The notes below the pieces were generated by a model. It searched no databases, was not told the origin of the DNA, and saw only the letters and a list, made by a program, of their open reading frames with translations. From an uncultured Acidobacteriota bacterium (GTDB taxonomy: Bacteria > Acidobacteriota > Terriglobia > Terriglobales > Acidobacteriaceae): a DNA stretch of 64,000 nt. The stretch is from NCBI GenBank assembly GCA_963798315.1, contig CAWCTA010000025.1, forward strand, positions 158,007 to 222,006, read 5' to 3'. The translations under genes were made by a program, and so were the position numbers. Below are positions 19,151 to 29,406 of the stretch, in pieces (positions within the stretch are counted from its first letter, which is position 1; each line of letters opens with the position of its first letter).

Positions 19151-22100
19151 GTGGCACGCTGCTTGGACGCTCGATCGCTCAAAATTGAATGCTTGCTTGC
19201 CTTGACTGTGTTCGCCTGCACGGCCATGGCGCAGACATTTCAAGTCAGCCCCGATGGATCAACACCACCACAGGACCAAAGCAAGCCATCACAGCCTCAA
19301 CAACTTGGGTGGGGTTCGAACATTCAGAATGCGCGCCTGGCACGCGCCGCCCAGGTTGCACTCGAGCGTGGAGATCATGCCCAGGCTTTCGAATACGCCA
19401 AGCGCGCCTCCGCAGGCGCTCCCGACGATCCGCAGCTCTGGTTTCTGCTGGGCTACGCCGCACGGCTTGATGGAAAGAATCAGCAATCGGTCGATGCATA
19501 CAATCAAGGCCTGCGCCTCAGCCCCTCTGCGCTCGATGGGATCTCGGGGCTCGCCCAAACCTACAGCGTGATGGGCAGGAGCGAAGACGCGGAGCGGCTG
19601 CTCAAGCAGGCGCTGGCTGCGGATCCGCGGCGCGCCAACGATGCCCTGGTCCTCGGAGACCTGTACATGCGAGCGGCGGATTACACTTCAGCACTGGACG
19701 CTTTGAACCAGGCTGAACGTGTACACCCCGACGCCCGATCTGAGTTGCTGATAGGTATCAGCTACGAGCATTTAAAACAAATCGACATGGCGAGCCGCTA
19801 TTTTGAACTGGCCCGCCGGCACGCGCCCGACAATCCTGAAGTGCAGCGATCGATGGCAGGTTACTTCCGGGAAGTCGGAAAATATCCCGAGGCGATCACC
19901 GCCCTCAAGTCGATTCGCAATCCGAAACCGGACGTGATAGCCGAGCTCGCGTACACGTATCAGCTCGACGGCAAGCTCAGCGATTCCGCCAGACTGTACG
20001 CCCAGGCAGCGAACGCGGTCCCCAAAGACATTGCCTTGCAGCTCTCCGCCGCCCAGGCCGAGGTCGCGGCCGGATCGATCGATCGCGCAAATTCATTTCT
20101 CCAGCGCGCTGCGGAAATCGATCCGAACCACTACCGCCTGCATGCCATTCGCGGAGAGATCGCCCGGCAAAGAGAGCAGGTTGACGAGGCGATCAAGGAA
20201 TACAACACCGCCCTCAGTGGTCTTCCCGCGGAACCGCCCGAGGGACCGCTCTACGGCATTCAGCTGCACATGGATCTCCTGGAGCTTTACACGGCCGACC
20301 GGAATCCAAGCGCCGCCGGCGAACAGTTGAAGACAGCTCAGGAGCAAATCGATCGGCTCAACGAACAAGGCCCGGGACGGGCGCCGTTTCTCCGTCTTCG
20401 GGCGCTAATCAGATTGCATGCGGGCAACCTCGACGGGGCATTAAGCGACGTGAAGGATGCGCTCGCCATGAATGCCGATGACCCGAATGGCCTTCAACTC
20501 AACGGCGACATCCTGATGAAACTTGGGCGCACCGAGGATGCGATCGATGTCTATAAGCGGATTCTCGCCATCGATGCAAACAATCGGTTTGCGCTCATTT
20601 CGCTGGGATATGCTTCGCGCGCGGCGGGTCGCGATCAGGCCGCGGAAAAGTACTTCGAGCGCCTGGCACAAGCCGATCCGTCGCTTTACGTTCCCTACCT
20701 TGCGCTTGGGGATCTTTACACCGCTCGCCGCGAGTTCAAGCAGGCGCAGGCGGCCTATGAAAAGGGCTACTCTCTGGCGCCCACGAACGCCCTGATTGTT
20801 GCCGGAGGCATGAACGCCGCAATTGAATCGCACGATCTCAACCTGGGCGCAACGTGGCTCAGCCGCACCACCAGCGACATGCTTGAGGAACCACAGGTAC
20901 TTCGCGAGAAAGAGCGATATCTCAGCTTCAAAGGCGACTATCAGCAATCCGCCGAGGTCGCTCAGTTAGCGATGAAAGCGCTCCCGCAGGACCGGGACGT
21001 GGTTGTTTACTTCGGATATGACCTGCTGCATCTCAACAAGTACGACGAGTTGCTCGCTTTGACACAGAAGTACGAGGACATTCTTCCCAAGGAGCCCGAT
21101 ATTCCACTCCTTGCGGGATACGTTCACAAGCATCAAGGACTCGCCGAACAGGCTCAACTGGATTTTACGGAGACGATCAAGCGCGATCCTGAGGCAGAAA
21201 CGGCCTACGTGAATCGCGGATACATGTTCAATGATCTTGGCCGGCCGCAAGAGGCCGCCGCCGACTTCGAATCGGCACTCAAGCTCGATCCGCACGACGG
21301 GGAAGCTCATTTGGGTCTGGCCTACTCGGACCTCGATCTGCGTAAAACCGAGGGTGCGTTGAAGCAGGCCGACCTGGCCGAACAAGCGCTGGGCGACTCC
21401 AAAAACATCCACGTGATCCGGGCGACCGCGTATGGGCGACAGGACATGCTGGCCAAGGCTGCGACCGAATACCGGGCGGCTTTGAAGTTTGCTCCCGACG
21501 ATGGCGCCCTCCATCTCGGCCTGGCAAGCACGTTCTTTGGACAGAGGCAGTATCGCGACGCGATCGACGAGTTGGAGACCGCGGAGAGATACTCCCCGAA
21601 TGACCCGGCCATTTATGCGATGCTGGCGCGTTCGTATGCAAATCTGGATGATCGAGATCAAACGATCCGCTATGTGCAACTTGCCGAGCAGCATCTCGAG
21701 TCAGCGCCAGGCTCGCCGAACGTGTCAGACAAGCAAAGCGAGATATTCATCGCGACCGGGCAGGCTCTCAGCACTCTCGGAGATCACGCCGCCGCAATGG
21801 AGCGATTTCGCAAGGCACTCACGGCTCCCGGCAGCAACCGGGTGAGTGTGCGCCTGGCGATTGCCCAGGTGATGGCTCAGCAGGGCGAGGGCGAGGAAGC
21901 GGAGCGCGAGATCGCGTTGGCCCTGATGGAAGCTGCTGGAGGTGAAACGGTGCCGCCAAGCGGAAACCAATTCGTTATGGCGGCGGACGTGTTCCGGTCC
22001 ATGCACGATTACGAGCTGTCGCAGAACTATCTGCATCGCGCCAAGACCGCGGGTGCCCCCGATGCGGAGGTGCGCATTGGACTGGCAAACAATTATCTGG

Positions 22101-23368
22101 CGCTTGGAGACACGGCCAAAGCCCACGCCGAGTTGGACGCGGTGAAGGCCGCCGCAGACAGCACGCCAGATTACCAGTATCTGCTGGCCCAGGCCAACGT
22201 GTATCGCCAGGAACACAACAACACCCAAGCGCTCACTTCGTTTGCCCAGGCGTCGAGTGCGGAAGGAGATGACCAGACAGCCCAGGAAGGCTTGTTGCAG
22301 GCAGGGGCAGACGAGGGATTAAGAATCACTCCCAATGTCAGCTTTCTCTCGGACTTTTCGGTGGGACCGGAATTTGAAGACTCGACGGTGTATGTTCTGG
22401 ATGCCCTGCTGGATGCGCCGTTCCCGGTACCCCCTTCCGACACCTCGCAGCTCCCACCGCCTCGCTCCTCGCTTCAAACCCAATGGACGGGCGCATTCCA
22501 CCTGCACGTCAACCATCTGCCCACGCCGAGCGGATTCTACCAGCTGAGTAATGTGCGTGGCGCGATCTCTGTTCCGGCGACGAACTCCATCGTGAATCGC
22601 AACACAACTGACAACACAATCAACTTCGGCCTGAATCCCACGGTCAACATTGGCAATAACGTGCTCACATTCAACACCGGGATTCAAACCACGATTCGCC
22701 GCGATTCCGAGTCGCCCGTACAGATGAATCAGAACCTCTTCCGCGTGTATACATACATGTCGACGAGTTCGTTCTTCAATGTGCTTTCCATGAGCGGTTA
22801 CATCATTCACGAGTCAGGGCCGTTTACAGAAAGCAATCTTCATTCCCGGACGTGGACGGCGGCGCTTGATTTTCGGGTGGGTGCGCCTTGGGGCAAGAAT
22901 GCCCTGGTGACCGGCTGGGGCGCGACGGATCAACTATTCACCCCTTCGTACACCGAGGATTACTACACTTCGTCTTATATCGGTTTCGAACATCGATTTT
23001 CGGAACGTTGGAATGCGAGGGCGGAGCTGGACGATGTGCGGGCATGGCGTGTTGTCGGTGCGAACTCGGGGATCGCCCAGAATGTCCGCCCCGCCGCCAT
23101 GGTTGATTTCCGCCCCAATCGGAGCTGGGACATCCGGGCCAACACAGCTTTCTCGAGCACCAGAAGTTATCATGTTTACGACGTCACTCAAAATGGTTTC
23201 TCGGTAACCTATGCCCGCCCGTTTCATCGCAAATTCCATGACGATTCCGGAACCGTGGTATTGCAGTACCCCATACGTTTCTCGGCAGGTCTGCAGGAGG
23301 AGACATTCTTTAACTTTCCGGGTGGTCAAACCCAGCTCAGACCCTATGTACGCATAAGTCTATTTTGA
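19151..23368 (+). CDS. Large TPR-repeat protein with C-terminal outer-membrane beta-barrel (BcsC/PgaA/PelB-like architecture)
   Basis: Signal peptide, ~1000 aa of TPR-like helical repeats, then ~350 aa of alternating beta-strand sequence ending RPYVRISLF (terminal Phe). Confidence 0.8.
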   Translation: MARCLDARSLKIECLLALTVFACTAMAQTFQVSPDGSTPPQDQSKPSQPQQLGWGSNIQNARLARAAQVALERGDHAQAFEYAKRASAGAPDDPQLWFLLGYAARLDGKNQQSVDAYNQGLRLSPSALDGISGLAQTYSVMGRSEDAERLLKQALAADPRRANDALVLGDLYMRAADYTSALDALNQAERVHPDARSELLIGISYEHLKQIDMASRYFELARRHAPDNPEVQRSMAGYFREVGKYPEAITALKSIRNPKPDVIAELAYTYQLDGKLSDSARLYAQAANAVPKDIALQLSAAQAEVAAGSIDRANSFLQRAAEIDPNHYRLHAIRGEIARQREQVDEAIKEYNTALSGLPAEPPEGPLYGIQLHMDLLELYTADRNPSAAGEQLKTAQEQIDRLNEQGPGRAPFLRLRALIRLHAGNLDGALSDVKDALAMNADDPNGLQLNGDILMKLGRTEDAIDVYKRILAIDANNRFALISLGYASRAAGRDQAAEKYFERLAQADPSLYVPYLALGDLYTARREFKQAQAAYEKGYSLAPTNALIVAGGMNAAIESHDLNLGATWLSRTTSDMLEEPQVLREKERYLSFKGDYQQSAEVAQLAMKALPQDRDVVVYFGYDLLHLNKYDELLALTQKYEDILPKEPDIPLLAGYVHKHQGLAEQAQLDFTETIKRDPEAETAYVNRGYMFNDLGRPQEAAADFESALKLDPHDGEAHLGLAYSDLDLRKTEGALKQADLAEQALGDSKNIHVIRATAYGRQDMLAKAATEYRAALKFAPDDGALHLGLASTFFGQRQYRDAIDELETAERYSPNDPAIYAMLARSYANLDDRDQTIRYVQLAEQHLESAPGSPNVSDKQSEIFIATGQALSTLGDHAAAMERFRKALTAPGSNRVSVRLAIAQVMAQQGEGEEAEREIALALMEAAGGETVPPSGNQFVMAADVFRSMHDYELSQNYLHRAKTAGAPDAEVRIGLANNYLALGDTAKAHAELDAVKAAADSTPDYQYLLAQANVYRQEHNNTQALTSFAQASSAEGDDQTAQEGLLQAGADEGLRITPNVSFLSDFSVGPEFEDSTVYVLDALLDAPFPVPPSDTSQLPPPRSSLQTQWTGAFHLHVNHLPTPSGFYQLSNVRGAISVPATNSIVNRNTTDNTINFGLNPTVNIGNNVLTFNTGIQTTIRRDSESPVQMNQNLFRVYTYMSTSSFFNVLSMSGYIIHESGPFTESNLHSRTWTAALDFRVGAPWGKNALVTGWGATDQLFTPSYTEDYYTSSYIGFEHRFSERWNARAELDDVRAWRVVGANSGIAQNVRPAAMVDFRPNRSWDIRANTAFSSTRSYHVYDVTQNGFSVTYARPFHRKFHDDSGTVVLQYPIRFSAGLQEETFFNFPGGQTQLRPYVRISLF

Positions 23369-23375
23369 AGGCGGA

Positions 23376-24830
23376 ATGAAGATGAGAATATGCCTAGTGG
23401 CCACCTTTCCTCCGAGTGGGCGTCAGTTGAACGAATACGCGTTTCACATTGCCCGGGAACTGCAGCGTAACCCCGATGTCGAACTGATCATTCTGGCTGA
23501 TGAATTGACTGAGTATGAGTTCGCAACTGACCAGGACGGCAAACCACTCAAGGTCAGTGAACAGGTCGAACTGCCCGGCTTTAACGTGATTCGCTGCTGG
23601 AAATTCGGCACGCTTTCGACGCCCATGCGCCTGTTGAAGACGATCCGCAAGTTGAAGCCCGACGTGGTCTGGTACAACCTGGTCTTCTCAAGTTTCGCGA
23701 CCCCCGACAACCCGTTCGCGGCATTTGCCGGTCTTTCGGCCCCTGCATTGACGCGCGCTGCCGGCTACTACACGCATATCACTCTGCACCACATCATCGA
23801 ACACGTCGACTTTGCTGCCGCGGGTGTGCGTCGCGAACGGCTCTTTCGCCTGGGCACCGACCTGGCCACGCGCGCGCTTCTCAGGGCCCACTCGATATCC
23901 GTGCTGCTGCCCGGCTATCGCCGCACGCTCATCTCGAAGTATTCCGCGAAGAACGTTTTGCTCGGCACGCACGGGACTTTTGCGTCTATTCCCACTCCGC
24001 CCGATTTTTCCAAGCGAGGCAATCCGGATCAACGCATTCTGGCCATCGGCCATTGGGGAACCTATAAGCGCCTGGAGACCCTGATGGAGGCTTTTCCCAA
24101 GGTTCTTGAGAAAGTGCCGAATGCGCGGTTGATTGTCGCAGGCGCCAATCATCACACCAGGGCCGGTTACTGGGAGTCGATACGAGACGCCCAGCCGCCG
24201 CATCTCCCAATCGAGTTTCGCGGATATGTTCCTGAAGAGAATATTCCCGAGCTCTTTCAGAGCACGTCGGTTCTGGTTTTGCCCTATGACTCCGCAACCG
24301 GATCGAGCGGCCCGGCACATCAGGCCTGTGAATACGGAGTGCCCATCGTGTGCGCCGACCTTGCGGACTTCCGCGGCATGGTCGAGGACGAAGACATGGC
24401 GGTGCGATTTTACGAGACGGGCGATGCCGTCGGTCTAGCCAGCCAGCTCATCGCCATACTGCAGTCCCCCGGGCTGCAACGCCAGATGGCACAGCACAAC
24501 TTCGCCGCCGGTGTCGAGATGACGATGACCAGCGTGGTGACGAACTATCTGCGCTGGTTTGAACTCAACCGGCGCAAAAGGGAGATGGGCGGCGCCGGGG
24601 TTCTGCGCAATCGCCGGCGCCGGTGGCTCCGCAGTCTGCGCAACCCGGACACCGTCCCCGGTTCGGGTTTGCCGACGGGTCTGCTTGCACCGCGCCTGGA
24701 GCATCGAAAAGGACCTGAAGCAACATCGGAATTTGCTCCTGTCGAAGCCTTCGCCGATCCAATTGTCAGGCGCGGATCCGCCTCGGCGAAAGATCATATC
24801 CACTTCGAGCCGGATCATTCTGACGATTGA
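23376..24830 (+). CDS. GT4 (GT-B fold) glycosyltransferase
   Basis: ICLVATFPP, ILAIGHWGTYKRLETL, GYVPEE, VLVLPY, QACEYGVPIV. Confidence 0.88.
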   Translation: MKMRICLVATFPPSGRQLNEYAFHIARELQRNPDVELIILADELTEYEFATDQDGKPLKVSEQVELPGFNVIRCWKFGTLSTPMRLLKTIRKLKPDVVWYNLVFSSFATPDNPFAAFAGLSAPALTRAAGYYTHITLHHIIEHVDFAAAGVRRERLFRLGTDLATRALLRAHSISVLLPGYRRTLISKYSAKNVLLGTHGTFASIPTPPDFSKRGNPDQRILAIGHWGTYKRLETLMEAFPKVLEKVPNARLIVAGANHHTRAGYWESIRDAQPPHLPIEFRGYVPEENIPELFQSTSVLVLPYDSATGSSGPAHQACEYGVPIVCADLADFRGMVEDEDMAVRFYETGDAVGLASQLIAILQSPGLQRQMAQHNFAAGVEMTMTSVVTNYLRWFELNRRKREMGGAGVLRNRRRRWLRSLRNPDTVPGSGLPTGLLAPRLEHRKGPEATSEFAPVEAFADPIVRRGSASAKDHIHFEPDHSDD

Positions 24831-24924
24831 CTTGCTATTCCGCCCGATTTTTACCTAGATGAACGAGAAAGACCATGAATCATGATCCGAAGGAAAAGGT
24901 TCTCCTCGGACTTCCGAGCTCATG

Positions 24925-24940
24925 TGGCTTGCTGCCTGCA
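24925..24940 (+). promoter_or_regulatory. Candidate sigma-54 promoter TGGCTT-GCTGC-CTGCA
   Basis: GG-N10-GC spacing; predicted start near 24951, just before AGGGAG RBS and ATG 24963. Confidence 0.3.
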
Positions 24941-24962
24941 GTGATAAATATAGGGAGAACCC

Positions 24963-27140
24963 ATGATAAAGTCGTACGCTCGCATGTTTCTCCGCTCCTT
25001 CTTATTCACCGGCGGGCCAGTGCTGCTCCTTTCCATCCTGACGGGGTGCGCCCTTTTCACGGGTAGCAATCGCTCGGGCGTGCCCGCGGTGAGCATCGCC
25101 GCAAGCCCCACCACTGTTCCGGCCGGGACGGCTTCCACCCTGACCGTGACCGCGATTAACGCAACCCAGGTTACGGTTACTGGCACCGACGGAACCACAT
25201 ACGGCCTGCCGCTCGCGGGCGGAACACAAGCGGTCAGCCCCAAGGCCACGACTACCTACACTGTGGTCGCAACAGCCAAGACAGGAGTGACCGCCAGTGC
25301 GACCGCCACTATAACCGTGCTGCCTGCACCGACCATCACCATCAGCGCCAATCCGGCGACCATCCACCCTGGGTTTTCATCCACCTTGACGGTTGCGGCG
25401 ACCAATGCCACGCAGGTCACCGTCACTGGAAGCGATGGAAGCTCTTACACTCTGGCGACAAACGGCGGAACACAGTCGGTCGGACCGAAAACGACGACTA
25501 CGTACACGGCTACCGCGACCGGCACCGGCGGAAGCGCTTCAGCAACGGCAACCGTCACCGTGATTCAGGCCAGCCTGCAATCGATTGATCACGTTGTTTT
25601 CCTCCTCCAGGAAAACCACACCTTCGACAACTACTTCGGAATGCTGAATCCCTATCGAAAGGCGAACAGCCTGAATATCGGCGATGACGGGGTGGACTAT
25701 GAGGTCGACGGCATCGATGACAAGCTGGCCACGATCAGCAATCAGAATGACGAAGGCACGTCGTTTCAGCTCTTCAAGTTCAAGAGCACCTGCATCGAAG
25801 ATGAGTCATCCGACTGGCTGGCGAGTTATGGAGACGTAAGCCGTTATGATTTCACCACAACACGGCCAATTCTGATGGACGGGTTCGTCCACGACGCCGA
25901 GGGCTATGCCAAAAGCTGTTCGTCCTCGCCTGGCACTTGCTCCGGCAGTTTTCCCGACCTGACCGGGAAGATCGCGATGGGATATTACGATCAGGATTTT
26001 CTGAACTACTACTACTACATGGCCTCGCAATTCGCGATTTCCGACCGCTGGTTCTCGCCGGTTTCGAGCAAGAGTGTCGACAACCGGATTGCAATGTTCA
26101 CTGGAGGCACGACCCAGGGTATCGTCAAAGATCCCGGCGAGGACCACCTTCCCCAGCTCGATATTCCCACCATTTTCCAGGAACTCGATCAGGCCAACGT
26201 CTCGTGGAAGATCTACTACATCGCTACCCAGGGGTTGTGCGCGGCCGGACAAACCTGCAGCGGCACACCCAACGCGTCCTACCCGGCGACTGACTTCGCC
26301 AACCTCTTGTATTCCAAACAGTTCTTCCAGGGAAACCCAGGGGGGGCTGCATGTCCTGCTCCGCTGCAGGCATCGAGCGTCGTTGGCGATTCATCCAACT
26401 CGTTCTGCATCGATCCAACCCACCTCACTCCGATCTCGAGCTACTTCAGCGACCTGAGCAATGGCACTCTCCCCAGCTTCGCCTTCATCGAAGCCGGATA
26501 CGGTTTCAATGACGAGCACCCCGGCTCTGGTCAGTCCATCCTGGTGGGTCAATCGCAAGTCGCGGCCATCATCAATGCCCTGATGTCGAGCTCGTCGTGG
26601 AAGGACTCGGTCTTCTTCCTGGCCTATGACGAAGGCGGGGGCCCATACGACCACGTTCCCCCGGTACCGGGGCATTCGAACGACTTCTCCGATACCACGC
26701 TAGGCACCATCTCCGATATTTCGGGAATCGCCGTCAATCCCGACAGCTACGGTCCATGTGTTCCCTCCGGCGGCACGCCGACACTGCACTGCGATCTCGC
26801 ATCCACCGACCCCGGCGCCCACCCGAATGATGCGGCGGCAGTGGATGGGTTTGCGGCGCAACTCGGGTTCCGGATACCCAACATGATCGTTTCGCCATTC
26901 GTGAGGAAGCACTATGTTTCGCACACGCCGATGGACCATACGGCGGTCATCAAGTTCGTCGAAAACCGCTTCATCGGAAGCTCCGCGCAACTGACTGCGC
27001 GCGATGCGGCACAGCCCGATCTGCTCGAGTTCTTCGACTTCAACAACATCCCGTGGGAAACGCCGCCCAGCCCGCCGGCTCCGGCGACGGCACAGACTCT
27101 GGGTTCTGATCCCTGCACCCCGGCGAGTGTCGGACCATGA
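24963..27140 (+). CDS. Lipoprotein phosphoesterase (PLC/AcpA-type, alkaline phosphatase superfamily) with two tandem Thr-rich Ig-like repeats
   Basis: Lipobox ILTGC; QENHTFDNYFG, DEHPG, YDEGGGPYDHVPP, GFRIPNMIVSPF; two ~78-aa repeats (STLTVxAxNATQVTVTGxDG...TTTYT). Confidence 0.85.
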   Translation: MIKSYARMFLRSFLFTGGPVLLLSILTGCALFTGSNRSGVPAVSIAASPTTVPAGTASTLTVTAINATQVTVTGTDGTTYGLPLAGGTQAVSPKATTTYTVVATAKTGVTASATATITVLPAPTITISANPATIHPGFSSTLTVAATNATQVTVTGSDGSSYTLATNGGTQSVGPKTTTTYTATATGTGGSASATATVTVIQASLQSIDHVVFLLQENHTFDNYFGMLNPYRKANSLNIGDDGVDYEVDGIDDKLATISNQNDEGTSFQLFKFKSTCIEDESSDWLASYGDVSRYDFTTTRPILMDGFVHDAEGYAKSCSSSPGTCSGSFPDLTGKIAMGYYDQDFLNYYYYMASQFAISDRWFSPVSSKSVDNRIAMFTGGTTQGIVKDPGEDHLPQLDIPTIFQELDQANVSWKIYYIATQGLCAAGQTCSGTPNASYPATDFANLLYSKQFFQGNPGGAACPAPLQASSVVGDSSNSFCIDPTHLTPISSYFSDLSNGTLPSFAFIEAGYGFNDEHPGSGQSILVGQSQVAAIINALMSSSSWKDSVFFLAYDEGGGPYDHVPPVPGHSNDFSDTTLGTISDISGIAVNPDSYGPCVPSGGTPTLHCDLASTDPGAHPNDAAAVDGFAAQLGFRIPNMIVSPFVRKHYVSHTPMDHTAVIKFVENRFIGSSAQLTARDAAQPDLLEFFDFNNIPWETPPSPPAPATAQTLGSDPCTPASVGP

Positions 27141-27158
27141 CCCGAGGCTCTGGTCATT

Positions 27159-28046
27159 TCAAGGCTGGGGTGATGGATTGGCGGTAATCTCGGTGGCGGT
27201 ATAGCGACCTTCGTCAAAGCTGGCGGCCACCCTCACTTGATCTCCCGTGTGAAGATGGTCGCTGCCTGGAATCCTCGCCGGGGCAAAGGAAATCTGGTAA
27301 CTCTTGTCGTCGCGCGGATCGAGCAACACCAGCAAACCGGAATGCATATCGAGCGACGAAAGCTTTCCGCTGAAGACAAAGCTCGATCCCGGCCGGGCCA
27401 GAACCGTCACGTGATTGGCGACCGCCTGCCCTTTGCCGTTGGCTTCGAACTTGACCACCACCAGGCTGCCATTCACAAGATCCGACTTTCCCTCTGCGCC
27501 CGACGTAAATGCGGCCTGGCCCTCCCGGACCACCGGCGTATCATCCCGCAGCATCAGCCGGATCGGTTCTCGGGAGAGATTCGCATTGACAGTCAACGTA
27601 CCCGTCGCAGGGTCGTAGTTCAGCACATGCCCCTGGCACTCGCCTTCCGGCGTTTGCGAAAGCACGTGAATGCTGAGGGCGTACACGTTCCCTCCATCCA
27701 GGACAGTCTGAACGGATGCGTGTTCTTCGGATCGGAGCTCGCGCAGCGAAATGATCTTTCCATTGCGGAAAAGCTGGGTTCTTTCATCGAACAGGATCTT
27801 GAGCGGACGCTGCCCCACGACTCCCAGGGTGAACTGATCCAGCACCGGATCCACGTCGCGGATCTGGCCGCCGAGGATGGTGCTCTTGCCGCCGGGAGGC
27901 AGGGGAAGCACGTTAAAATCGCCCGACGTGGTCGCCGATCTGAGGTCAGGTTGCGGCCCGGTCACCGGCTGCGACTGGGCATGAACAATCGAAAAAGGAG
28001 CCATCGCGAAGCTGGCAAGCACAACCGCAGTTCGGAGCCGTTCCAT
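27159..28046 (-). CDS. Secreted DUF5666-like OB-fold repeat protein
   Basis: Signal peptide; three repeats of G-x-(I/V/L)...(L)xxGD/xxV-x-V; AGGAAG RBS. Confidence 0.6.
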   Translation of the reverse strand: MERLRTAVVLASFAMAPFSIVHAQSQPVTGPQPDLRSATTSGDFNVLPLPPGGKSTILGGQIRDVDPVLDQFTLGVVGQRPLKILFDERTQLFRNGKIISLRELRSEEHASVQTVLDGGNVYALSIHVLSQTPEGECQGHVLNYDPATGTLTVNANLSREPIRLMLRDDTPVVREGQAAFTSGAEGKSDLVNGSLVVVKFEANGKGQAVANHVTVLARPGSSFVFSGKLSSLDMHSGLLVLLDPRDDKSYQISFAPARIPGSDHLHTGDQVRVAASFDEGRYTATEITANPSPQP

Positions 28047-28217
28047 TCAATAACTTCCTTGGTGAGTTCAGGAATTCCCTTAAGTGTTAGATGCCGGCGG
28101 CGCCAAAACAGTGTCCAATCTGGTTCTAAAAGCAACACCATCCAACATCACGCATCCAACTTAATGTGCCCAAGCGATCTACCTCCATGGGCTGGATGAG
28201 GAAGTTGATCGGAGCAC

Positions 28218-29378
28218 ATGCCTGGGATGCCGATTAAATCGTTCGTAATCATTGTATTTGTAGCCTTGAGCCTGCAAAGCTCATGGAGTCGCGATCCTGT
28301 CAAGATCACCATCCCAAGGCGGACTCAGCTGACTCCCGTGCAGCGGCTGAATCGCGAAGGCGTGGACGCAGTCCGCAAACACGAATACGACAAGGCTGGA
28401 GCCCTTTTCTACAAGGCGTATCTCTACGATCCCACCGATCCCTTCACGCTCAACAACCTGGGATACGTCTCAGAACTGCAAGGTCAGTTGGAGCGGGCAC
28501 GCGCATTTTACGACCTGGCGGGGAAGCAAAGCTCCACTGCAAATATCGATCGCAGCAACGCCAAGGAACTGGAAGGCAAGCCGATGCGGGCGGCATTGGA
28601 CGATCTTCAGGATCTTCCCATGGAAGTCAATCGGATGAACATGAGTGCCATGCAGCTCCTGACGGAAAACCGGGGCTTTGAAGCCACGGCCATGTTGAGC
28701 AAGGCTCTAGCGACAGACCCGCATAACCCATTTACCCTCAATAACCTGGGGGTGGCTCACGAAGCCATTGGAGACTTCGATAGCGCCTTGAAATACTACG
28801 GCCAGTCGGCGGGCTTGAATTCTTCCGAGCCGGTCGTCGTCACGATGAGCGAAAGCTGGCGCGGACGGCCCGTGAGCAAAATGGCGGCCGAGAGCGCCAG
28901 GCGGCTGCAAAAACGGGTGCGCGACATGGATCCTGCCGAGGCCAAATCGGTCAAATTCACGATGCATGGAGTCTCCGCCGCCAATCAGAACGATTGGACC
29001 CAGGCACGGCAAGATTTTTTGAAGGCATACTCGCTGAACCCCCAAAGCGCCTTCGCCCTCAACAACCGCGGTTACGTTGCGGAGCGGGACGGCGACCTCG
29101 AGACGGCGCAGTTCTTCTATGAGAAGGCGCGTAAAGCGGACGACTCCCGCGCTCGCGTCGGACTGGCAACGCAACATTCTGCCGAGGGCCAGAACCTGGT
29201 CACCGTGGCAGCCGATAGCAATCAAAAGGTCGATTCGGCGCTCGATGAGTACAGCCGCCAGCGCCGCCGCGAGACGGGGCCCATCGAACTGACTCCGCGC
29301 GGCGGGACGGAGCCGTCCCCCGAAAAACAGCCGACGCCCAATGCTCCTCCGGCGGAACGGCCGTCCGTCCCCCAATAA
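28218..29378 (+). CDS. Secreted TPR-repeat protein
   Basis: Signal peptide; repeated DPFTLNNLGY / NPFTLNNLGV / SAFALNNRGY TPR motifs. Confidence 0.85.
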   Translation: MPGMPIKSFVIIVFVALSLQSSWSRDPVKITIPRRTQLTPVQRLNREGVDAVRKHEYDKAGALFYKAYLYDPTDPFTLNNLGYVSELQGQLERARAFYDLAGKQSSTANIDRSNAKELEGKPMRAALDDLQDLPMEVNRMNMSAMQLLTENRGFEATAMLSKALATDPHNPFTLNNLGVAHEAIGDFDSALKYYGQSAGLNSSEPVVVTMSESWRGRPVSKMAAESARRLQKRVRDMDPAEAKSVKFTMHGVSAANQNDWTQARQDFLKAYSLNPQSAFALNNRGYVAERDGDLETAQFFYEKARKADDSRARVGLATQHSAEGQNLVTVAADSNQKVDSALDEYSRQRRRETGPIELTPRGGTEPSPEKQPTPNAPPAERPSVPQ

Positions 29379-29406
29379 TTCCAAACTACAAGGATTCCCC
29401 TGATAC

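Noticed and set aside
19152-19166. Sigma-54-like TGGCACG-CTGC-TTGG at the start of the TPR gene
   Set aside because: The -12 GC is GG and the site overlaps the probable GTG start and signal-peptide codons.
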